Shown piece by piece: positions 1-8,517 of a DNA stretch of 20,810 nucleotides (the first letter of the stretch is position 1; every line of letters begins with the position of its first letter). The translations under genes were made by a program, and so were the position numbers. Under the pieces are notes generated by a model, which saw nothing but the letters and a program-made list of their open reading frames with translations, was not told the origin of the DNA and did no database searches. Source of the DNA: Squalus acanthias (Eukaryota); contig JASTWF010000344.1 in assembly GCA_030390025.1 (NCBI GenBank), positions 496,001 through 516,810 of the forward strand, in the 5' to 3' direction.

Positions 1-1912
1 TAAATTCCAATGAGTATAGGCCCAACCTGCTCAACCTTTCTTCTTAAGTCAACCCCCTCACCTCTGGAATTAACCTAGTGAATCGTCTCTAAACTGCCTC
101 CAATGCAACTATATCCTTCCTTAAATAAGGAGACCAAAACTGTACGCAGTACTCCAGGTGTGGTCTCACCAATACCCTGTACAGTTGTAGCAGGACTTCC
201 CTGCTTTTATACTCCAACCCCCTTGCAATAAAGGCCAACATTCCATTTGCCTTTTTGATTACTTGCTGTACCTGCATGCTAACTTTTTGTGTTTCATGCA
301 CAAGGACCCCCAGGTCCCTCTGAACTGTAGCCTTTTGCAATCTCTCTCCATTTAAATAATTTGTGACGTAAGAAAACTACTAGGCACTTGGTCTAAGCGT
401 TAAACAAAGCTTTAATCAACTGTTTTACAACATGGAGGTCTAGTTGTGGCCTTCACTAGTTCCTGTTAAGAATGTCCTGCGCAAGCCCGAGTATTTATAC
501 TCTCCCTGGACAGCGCCACCCACAGGCCACTCAGTATTATTTCATAAGTCATGAATGACAGATTCACGTTACAGTAATTTGCTTTTTTTATTTTTCCTGC
601 CAAAGTGGATAACCTCGCACTTTCCCACATTATACTCCATCTGTCAAATATTTGCCCACTCACTTAGCCTGTCTCTATCCCTTTGCAGATTCTTTTGAGT
701 CCTCTGCGTAACTTGCTTTCCCACCCATCTTTGTATCATCCGCAAACTTGGCTACATTACACTCGGTCCCTTCATCCAAGTCATTAATGTAGATTGTAAA
801 TAGTTGAGGCCCCAGCACCGATCCCTGTGGCACCCCAGTAGTTACTGTTTGCCAACTGGAAAATGACCCATTTATCCCGACTCTCTGCTTTCTGTTAGTT
901 AGCCAATTCTCTATCCATGCTAATATATTACCCCCAACTCCGTGGGCTCTGATCTTATGCAGTAACCTTTTATGTGGCACCTTATTGAATGCCTTCTGGA
1001 AATCCAAATACACCACTTCCACTGGCCCACCTTTATCTACCCTACTCGTTACATCCTCAAAGAACTCCAGCAAATTTGTTAAACATGATTTCCCTTTCAT
1101 AAAACCATGCTGACTCTGCTTGACTGCATTATGATTTTCCAAATACCGCTTCCTTAATGAAGGACTCCAGCATTTTCCCAACGACAGATGTTAGGCTAAC
1201 TGGTCTATAGTTTCCTGCTTTCTGTCTCCCTCCTTTCTTAAATAGGGGTGTTACATTTGTGGTTTTCCAATCCACTGGGACCTCTCCAGAGTCCAAGGAA
1301 TTTTGGTATATTGCAACCAATGCATCCACTATCTCTGCAGCCACTTCTTTTAAGATCCTGGGATGCAGGCCATCTGGTCCAGGGGACTTGTCGTCTTTTA
1401 GTCCCATTATTTTATCAAGTACTTTTTCCTTAGTGATAGTGATTGTCTTTAGTTCCCCCCTCCCTGTGGCCCCTTGATTATCCATTATTGGGATGTTGTT
1501 AGTGTTTTCTACCGTGAAGACAGATACAAAATATTTGTTCAGAGTCTCTGCCATTTCCCCGTTCCCCATTATTAATTCCCCATTCTCGTCCTCTAAGGGA
1601 CCAACATTTACTTTAGCTATTCTCTTCCTTTTTATATACCTGTAAAAGCTCCTACTATATGTTTTAATATTTCTTGCCAGTTTACTCTCATAATACATCT
1701 TCTCTCTATTATTTTTTTAGTCATGCATTGCTAGTTTTTAAAAATTCCCAATCCTCTGGCCTCCCACCAATCTTGGCAACATTGTATGCCTTCGTTTTCA
1801 ATTTGATACCATCCTTTACTTCCTTAGTTAGCCACAGATAGTGCTCCCTTCTCTTAAAATCTTTATTTCTCACTGGAATATATTTCTGTTGCGTTATGAA
1901 ATATCTCCTTAA
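1..1912 (-). mobile_element. CR1-clade LINE, ORF2 (reverse transcriptase) fragment, 5'-truncated and frameshifted; continues beyond window start
   Basis: Minus-strand ORFs 1129-1698, 675-1181 and 89-340 carry collinear CR1 ORF2 motifs: [77 protein letters not shown]. Frame breaks near 1145 and 690, and an insertion at 362-573. The boundary at about 1912 is approximate. Confidence 0.95.
362..573 (-). mobile_element. Short solo LTR (212 bp) inserted in the CR1
   Basis: Interrupts CR1 sequence that is contiguous in the second copy (about 3735-3770). Minus strand reads TGTAACGT...ACGTCACA (TG...CA ends, 7/8 inverted repeat). TATAAATA (499-492) lies upstream of ATTAAA (416-411). Flanks ATAATT (356-361) and GTAATT (574-579) resemble a target-site duplication with one mismatch. 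Confidence 0.75.
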
Positions 1913-2805
1913 AAAACATAGACGACTCCCACCAGTGACTTCTTTCCCATACTATTTCTTATCTCCACCCAAACTGATTCTACATCTTGATCTTCCAAAG
2001 GCGCAAAATAAATTAAAATGGAACACAGCTCATGATCAATGCCACTGTCTTTATGTTGCAAGGTATCCCTTTCAATATGAAATAGACCCAGAACATCAAG
2101 TCCTGGGGGAGGGCAGACATATTACAGCAGAGGTCGGTTTAATCTAAACTAGGTCTGTGTACCGCTAACCTGCAAAAAAACAACAGAGATGTTACTGGAG
2201 ATTATCAAACCACCCTATGTAACGCGTAGAGGGCAGCTACTTATACAGACTAAAGACACCACCAGCCACAGACAACAGATAGAACTCAAAGTACACACTA
2301 ACTTAAAACAAAACCATCATCAGAGTCACGTGCAGCACAGAGCAAGACAATCCCGCAGTCTGAGAAATGTGACACAAACACAAACACAGGATAAGTACTG
2401 TGATGGTGTTTGTGTTTCGCGGTCTCCTCCTCTTGCCAGCTGTGCTGTGAGCAGCTCTCGCTGACTGTTGTACAATCCATTGCAGTAGTGAAGCAGCAGA
2501 TGGCTGAGGTTCAAGCTGGACACAGAAACATCACGTCTGAAGCGCACCTTGAGAAGCTGCACATAGCTATCCCCTCCTCATCACATTATTCAGGCAAAAC
2601 TCTAAAGACTTGGCTCCCAAAGGCTTTTCCATAGTTCTACCATCATGAGAAACTGCTCATAAGAACATAAGAATTAGGAGCTGGAGTAGGCCATGCAATA
2701 AGATCATGGCTGATCTTCTACCTCAACTCCACCTTCCCACGTTATCCCCATATCCCTCGATTCCCTTCATATCTAAAAATCTATTGATCTCTGTCTTGAA
2801 TATAC

Positions 2806-3146
2806 CACCCTATGAAAAAACAAACACAAAAAAAAACAAACCCAAAAAACAAACCCAAAAAAAACACTGCAGACATCAGGATTTGACACGTTGGACCCCC
2901 TGGGACACATCTCATTGTCTTGGCTGTGCTCTTGGTGTGTCTTTGATGTAAGATGAAAGATTGTATCTCTGCAGTTTCTGTGTTTATATTCTGTGAACTT
3001 TTGTAGATTCACTCATTGTAACTCTACCTGAGGAAGGGGCGATAGCTCCGAAAGCTTGTAATTTTAAATAAATCTGTTGGACTATAACCTGGTGTTGTGC
3101 GACTTCTCATTTTTGTCCACCCCAGTCCAACGCCGGCATCTCCGCA
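2806..3146 (+). mobile_element. Penelope-like element (PLE) terminal-repeat fragment, 341 bp, with 12-bp target-site duplication
   Basis: Exact direct repeat TCTTGAATATAC at 2794-2805 and 3147-3158. Contains a hammerhead core followed by AATAAA and CTGTTGGACTATAACCTGGTGTTG...CCCCAGTCCAAC, the layout I recognise for vertebrate PLE terminal repeats. A-rich low-complexity tract at 2815-2865. Confidence 0.8.
3025..3060 (+). ncRNA. Minimal type I hammerhead ribozyme motif (PLE-associated, probably dimer-dependent)
   Basis: UAC(3025-27) CUGAGGA(3028-34) A GGGGC-GAUA-GCUCC (stem II, 3036-49) GAAA(3050-53) GCUU GUA(3058-60). Stem I is UAC/GUA. The palindromic AGCU replaces stem III. Predicted NUH is CUU (3055-57). 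Confidence 0.75.
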
Positions 3147-4050
3147 TCTTGAATATACTCAACGACTGAGCATCCACAGCCCTCTGGGGTAGAGGATTCC
3201 AAAGATTCACAACCTTTTAAGTGAAGAAATTTCTCATCTCAGTCCTAAATGGCCGACCCCTTATTCTGAGACTGTGACTCCTAATTCTAGACTCCCCAGC
3301 CAGGGGAAACAGCCTTTCAGCTTCTACCCTGTCCCTGTCAAGCCCTGTAAGAATTTTATGTTTCAATAAGATCACCTCTAATTCTTCTAAATTCTAGGCA
3401 ATATAGGCCCAGTCTACTCAATCTCTACTCATAGGACAATCCGCCCATCCCAGGAACCAGTCTGGCGAACCTTCGTTGCATTCCCTCTAAGGCAACGATA
3501 TCCTTCCTTAGGTAAGGAGACTAAAACTGTACACAGTGCTCCAGGTATGGTCTCACCAAGGGCCTATATAATTGCAGTAAGGCTTCTTTACTCTTATACT
3601 CCAATCCTTTTGTCATAAAGGCCAACATACCATTTGCTTTCCTAATTGCTTGCTGTACCTGCATGTTAACTTTTAGTGATTTGTGTACAAGGACACCCAG
3701 GTCCCTCTGAATACCAACATTTCCCAATCTCTCACCATTTAAAAAAATATTCTACTTTTCTATTTTTCCAACCAAAGTGGATAACTTCACATTTCTCCAC
3801 ATTATATTCCATCTGCCATGTTCTTGCCCACTCACTTAACCTGTCGATATCCCTTTTGCAGCCTCTTTGCATCCTCCTCACAACTTACATTCCCACCCAG
3901 CTTTGTATCATCAGCAAACTACATTTGGTCCCCTCATCTAAGTCATTGATAGAAATTGTAAATAGCTGAGGCTCAAGCACTGATCCTTGCGGTACTCCAC
4001 TAGTTACAGCCTGCCTATCCGAAAATGGCCCGTTTATTCCTACTCTCTGT

Positions 4051-5360
4051 TAAATTTAATTAAATAAATCAAGGTCATATAGGGATGGCAGTGCAGGTGG
4101 TGTGCCGCAACTGCAGCATGTGGGAGTTTGTGGAGAGCATTGTGATCCCGGACAACCACGTTTGCAGTAAGTGCCTGCATCTTGAGGAACTTCAACTTAG
4201 AGTTTTTGAGCTGGAGTCTGAGGTGCAGACATTGCGGGGCATCAGGGATGGGGAGAGTTACCTGGACACTTTGATCCAGGAGGCAGTCAGACCCCTTAGG
4301 TTAGGTGGTGGTACAGGTCTGGTTAGTGGTCAGGGACAGGAGGGTGTGACTGCAACTCAGGCAGGTAAGGGGACCCCAGGTGCAGCGCTGGAGGAGCCTC
4401 AGCCTTTGCCCTTGTCCAACAGGTATGAGGTTCTTGCTGCCTGTGTGGATGAGGGAAAAGCCTGCAGGATGGATGAGCAGGCTGACCATGGCACCATGGT
4501 GCAGGAGGCCATTCAAGTGGGGGGAGTGAAAGGGAATGTAGTTGTGGTAGGGGACAGTATAGTCAGGGGGACAGATACTGTTCTCTGCAGCCGCGACCGA
4601 GAGTTCCGAAGGTTGTGTTGCCTGCCTGGTGCCAGGGTTGAAGACATCTCCTCGTGGCTGGAGAAGAACTTGGAGTGGGAGGGGGAGGATCCAGTTGTCG
4701 TGGTCCACGTAGTAACCAACGACATAGGTAGAACTAGGAATGAGGTTCTGCTGAGGGAGTTTGAAGAGCTAGGATCCAAATTAAAAAGCAGAACCTCAAA
4801 GGTAATAATCTCTGGATTGTTACCTGAGCGAGCCACGCGCAAATTGGCATAGGGGCAAACAGATTAGAGGTTTAAATGCGTGGCTCAAACAGTGGTGTGG
4901 GAGGAGGGGTTTCGGTTCATGGGGTACTGGCACCAGTACTGGGGAAAGAGGGAGCTGTTCCGTTGGGACGGGCTCCACTTAAAACGGGCTGGGACCAGTG
5001 TCCTGGCAAATCGAATAACTAGGGCAGTAGACAGGGCTTTAAACTAATGAAGGGGGGGTGGAAGGATTCAGGAAAGAGTAAATTTAAAAGCAGCAAGAGA
5101 AATGTCAAGGCTCTAGAGCAGAGTTCTGGGTAAAAATAAGCGGAGTGGGTCAGGAAGGGACAGAGAGAGTAACAAAGGTAATAAGGCATCAGTGACTAAG
5201 GTGACATCAGGGAAAAATAGAAATAAGTCAGAGCTAGAGGCACTATATCTGAATGCACGAAGCATTTGCAGCAAAATAGATGAATTAATAGCGCAGATAG
5301 AAATTAACAGGTTTGATCGAATAGCCATAACGGAGACGTGGTTGCAAAGTGGCCAAGGTT
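4051..5360 (+). mobile_element. CR1-clade LINE 5' portion (ORF1, linker, start of ORF2 AP-endonuclease), 3'-truncated
   Basis: ORF1 is followed by LEALYLNARSICSKIDELIAQIEINRFDRIAITETWL (APE N-terminal NxxS and ITETW motifs). Breaks off at about 5360. Confidence 0.92.
4085..5047 (+). pseudogene. CR1 ORF1: zinc finger, leucine zipper and SGNH/GDSL esterase; two frameshifts
   Basis: CRNC...HVCSKC is followed by heptad LEELQLRVFELESEVQTL. SGNH blocks are VVVGDS, LPGA, HVVTND (G of GxND replaced by V) and, after correcting a GAGC duplication (4826-4833) and a 1-bp loss near 4900, FRWDGLH...RAVDRALN* ending at TAA 5045-5047. Confidence 0.88.
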
Positions 5361-6722
5361 TCTTAGTTTCACTCAAACCGATTCTACTCCTTGATTTTCG
5401 GAGCTAAGATCCTTTCTCTCTACTGTCTTTATCTCATCCTTTATTATCAGGGCTACCCCTCCTCCTTTTCCATTTTGCCTATCTCTTCTCAAAGTTAAGT
5501 ATCCTGGAATATTTAGTTCCCAACCTTGGTCACTTTGCAACCATGGGCTGGATTTTGCCAATGGGAAGCTTTTGGCAGCGGGACTCCCACTTGTCGGGTT
5601 TCAGTCCCGCCTCAATCAACTTCTGGCCAACCCACGCTATTTTCCCTTGATTGACTTTGTTAAGCCCGCCCAGGCCAATTAAGGGAAAGCCGGTTACAGA
5701 GAACGTATGACGTTTCATCAGTCAAAAATTGACAGATGAATTGTCATCGTTTGACAGCTCTGTGAAGCTGTCAAACACTGACATTCTCTGTAGTTAGATG
5801 AGTTCTTGAATTTAAAACCTCATCGAAGCTCTTTCTTTTGCAGAAATTAGGTGGCTGTTGCATTGGAGAATGCAATGGCCATCTGTCATCTCTGCCACGG
5901 AGGTGCGAGACACTCCGCATACCCACCGATTGAAGCCTGCAGGAAGAAACAAAGGTAAGTAAACTTTTTCTAACACTTTCCACTTACCTCACATACTCAC
6001 CTCTCCACACTTGCACCCATCACTTACCTTCACAGCGCACTTTTGCACCCCTCCGACCCCCGCCTCGCCTCAGTGATCCTGGTGGGGTTCGGCGCCTTCG
6101 GGAAGCCCGCACTTGTGTGGGTAAAATGGGGATAATCCTCTTATCCTGCCTGTTAACTACCTGTTAACAGGCAGATAAGTGGCACTAATCCCCTTCCCGC
6201 CTCCAAGGAGATGGGACCCGGCGTGGGTCGGCTACCCGCCTCCTGGCAAGATGGCACGGAGGTGGGTTGGGGGCGGGTTGGGCACCTGCCCCCAAATTCT
6301 GCCATTTTCCCGGCAGTCCTGCCTCCATACCTGCTTCCCCAGGGCTGGCAAGATCGCGCCCCATGTCTCCGTAATGACTATTAGATCAAACCTATTAATT
6401 TCTATCTGCGCTATTAATTCATCTATTTTGCTGCGAATGCTTCGTGCATTCAGATATAGTGCCTTTAGCTTTGACTTTTTACAATTTTTCCCTGATATCA
6501 CCTTAGTCACTGATGCCTTATTACCTTTGTTACTCTCTGTCCCTTCCTGACCCACTTTGCTTATTTTTACCCAAAACTCTACTCTGCTCTAGAGCCTTGA
6601 CATTTCTCTTGCTGTTTTTAAATTTACTCTTTCCTGAATCCTCCCACTCCCCCTTCATTAGTTTAAAGCCCTGTCTACTGCCCTAGTTATTCAATTTGCC
6701 AGGACACTGGTCCCAGCCTGTT
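5358..6722 (-). mobile_element. CR1 fragment (ORF1 end to endonuclease N-terminus), inverted relative to 4051-5360 and split by a DNA transposon
   Basis: 6722-6365 plus 5544-5522 is the reverse complement of 4983-5360 (roughly 20 substitutions and 2 small indels by eye). It continues as WLQSDQGWELNIPGYLTLRRDRQNGKGGGVALIIK (ORF 5373-5561). Confidence 0.92.
5545..6361. mobile_element. Non-autonomous PIF/Harbinger-like DNA transposon (817 bp)
   Basis: 3-bp TSD CAT (5542-5544, 6362-6364). TIRs are GGGCTGGATTTTGCC (5545-5559) and GGCAAGATCGCGCCC (6347-6361), a 12/15 inverted match. Removing it restores the endonuclease reading ITETW-LQSDQG. The superfamily call rests on the GGG-start TIR plus 3-bp TSD. 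Confidence 0.8.
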
Positions 6723-6725
6723 CCA

Positions 6726-6888
6726 TTTTAGTCCCATTAATTTCTCCAGTACTATTTCTTTACTAATACTAATTTCTTTAAGTTCCTCATTCTCACTAGA
6801 CCCTTGGTTCCCCACTATTTCCGGAATGTTTTTGTGTCTTCTTCCGTGAAGACAGATACAAAGTATTTGTTTAATGTCACTTCCATTT
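6726..6888 (-). mobile_element. Short internal CR1 ORF2 fragment
   Basis: Aligns with 1396-1556 of the first copy (TTTTAGTCCCATTA...CCGTGAAGACAGATACAAA.TATTTGTT...CCATTT). Confidence 0.85.
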
Positions 6889-7104
6889 AATATCTCTGCT
6901 CCTCAGAGAACTCCAAGGATCTCCGTTCTGTCAGTGTCAGCTGCTTTCTATCTGTATTTTGTTTTTCACCGTCAAATTGGAGCTGTCTCCACAGGAAGGC
7001 CTTGAAAATCATGACACTCCCCAGAAGCCGATATTGTCCAGAGTCCCCATGGGATGGTGGATCTTGATCTACCACACTGGGAACTAATACTGCCTCGTCA
7101 AATT

Positions 7105-7330
7105 CTTCATATCATCAGTCCAGGCAGTGAGGGCGAATCATAGCCGAGCCCAACCCTGTCCTCACGTGCACTTTCCAGCAAGGGTGACTGGATAGGGATC
7201 GGAAGCAGGGACTAGGGTTGAATTTGCCCTTCCCCAGTGCAGCGACCCTGGGTGGGATTAGCTAGCTCAGCATGGACCAGAGACAGCACTGGCACCCTCC
7301 TGGGAGACAGCACATTCACCCCGAGCCACT
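7105..7330 (-). mobile_element. Old, degenerate tRNA-derived SINE-like repeat
   Basis: Minus strand begins GTGGCTCGGGGTG (A-box-like). It continues GCTGAGCTAGCTAATC...TATCCAGTCACCCTTGCTGGAAAGTG...GTGAGGACAGG, which resembles an abundant chondrichthyan SINE body as I recall it. The B box is degraded and the boundaries are approximate. Confidence 0.45.
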
Positions 7331-7450
7331 AACTTTTACTCTTCCCTTTTACTACAACTTAAACATCAGGCTCTTCTTTAAAAGGGGGCAGAGGCCCAGT
7401 GGGACGAGCCTGTAGAATTATTCAGATCTGCATCAAGGCCATCTATAAGC

Positions 7451-8128
7451 ATACCCGCCCACCTGATCAATACCCGCTCAGGTATAACCCGCCCACCTGA
7501 TCAATACCCGCTCAGGTATAACCCGCCCACCTGATCAATACCCGCTCAGGTATAACCCGCCCACCTGATCAATACCCGCTCAGGTATAACCCGCCCACCT
7601 GATCAATACCCGCTCAGGTATAACCCGCCCACCTGATCAATACCCGCTCAGGTATAACCCGCCCACCTGATCAATACCCGCTCAGGTATAACCAGCCCAC
7701 CTGATCAATACCCGCTCAGGTATAACCCGCCCACCTGATCAATACCTGCTCAGGTATAACACCCGCCCACCTGATCAATACCCGCTCCGGTATAACCCGC
7801 CCACCTGATCAATACCCGCTCAGGTATAACCAGCCCACCTGATCAATACCCGCTCAGGTATAACCCGCCCACCTGATCAATACCTGCTCAGGTATAACAC
7901 CCGCCCACCTGATCAATACCCGCTCAGGTATAACCAGCCCACCTGATCAATACCCGCTCAGGTATAACCCGCCCACCTGATCAATACCTGCTCAGGTATA
8001 ACACCCGCCCACCTGATCAATACCCGCTCCGGTATAACCCGCCCACCTGATCAATACCCGCTCAGGTATAACCCGCCCACCTGATCAAGTATAACCCGCC
8101 CACCTGATCAACACCCGCTCAGGTATAA
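7451..8128. repeat. 34-bp minisatellite, about 20 copies (GGTATAACCCGCCCACCTGATCAATACCCGCTCA)
   Basis: GGTATA recurs at 7481, 7515, 7549, 7583, 7617, 7651, 7685 and onward (period 34). There are three 36-bp variants and one deleted unit near 8088. Confidence 0.98.
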
Positions 8129-8517
8129 CACCCACTACAATGCAAGCTCCTTCAGTTCAATTGTGAATGGAGTCAGTCTGCAGGTGCTCCTTGGTATAAT
8201 AATACTAACGGTACAAACACTGGGACTGCTGCTATACTTTTAAAGAATACACAAAGAGCAGAGCAAGAGTAGTTGTAATACAGACACAGCCATCTCCCTC
8301 TCCTCAGAACTGCTGCCTTCGTGGGTCTGTGGCTTTGAATGCAGAGCCTCATAGTTTGTGTGTGTGCCAGTGTGTGCATCTGAGACAAACTGTTCGGAAG
8401 ATCAAATGCATGAATTTTCGACATGACAGGCCTGTGAGATCAGTCCAAGTGAGTCTCAGCTCGGGACGATTCTGATAGGAGGGGGAACCCCCCCATTGAA
8501 CTGATCACTGTCCTCAC

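Larger units (their letters stand above)
2658..4050 (-). mobile_element. CR1-clade LINE 3' portion (RT C-terminus, 3' UTR and (TTCTTATG)2 tail), HER1/HE1-like end
   Basis: CATAAGAA CATAAGAA at 2658-2673 is the reverse complement of an octamer CR1-type tail. ORF 3521-3727 (RDLGVLVH...LVRPYLEHCVQF) and 3390-4049 align with the first copy (1-887). Interrupted by the 2806-3146 insertion. The HER1/HE1 resemblance is from recall, not a search. Confidence 0.92.

Noticed and set aside
1248..1477. Plus-strand ORFs here, and similar ones at 3676-3969, 4301-4842, 5113-5376 and 6179-6550
   Set aside because: They are antisense shadows of CR1 ORFs or read-throughs across transposon junctions.
1913..2657. 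Non-repeat stretch with several short ORFs and a good minus-strand acceptor (ctctgttgtttttttgcag, AG at 2171-2170)
   Set aside because: No translation resembles the expected next CRTC exon (VLLLTVPG...) or any protein I recognise, and stops follow soon after the acceptor in the frames I read. An alternative terminal exon cannot be excluded without RNA-seq.
2815..2865. A-rich tract suggesting a retrocopy poly(A) tail
   Set aside because: It lies at the 5' side of the plus-strand insert rather than next to the 3' TSD, and is interspersed with C; treated as low-complexity sequence within the PLE fragment.
6887..7090. 62-aa minus ORF and a plus-strand acceptor-like site near 6994
   Set aside because: No recognisable homology and no matching donor site.
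8173..8424. 83-aa minus ORF just downstream of the CRTC exon
   Set aside because: No CRTC similarity and no convincing splice signals; likely a chance intronic ORF.
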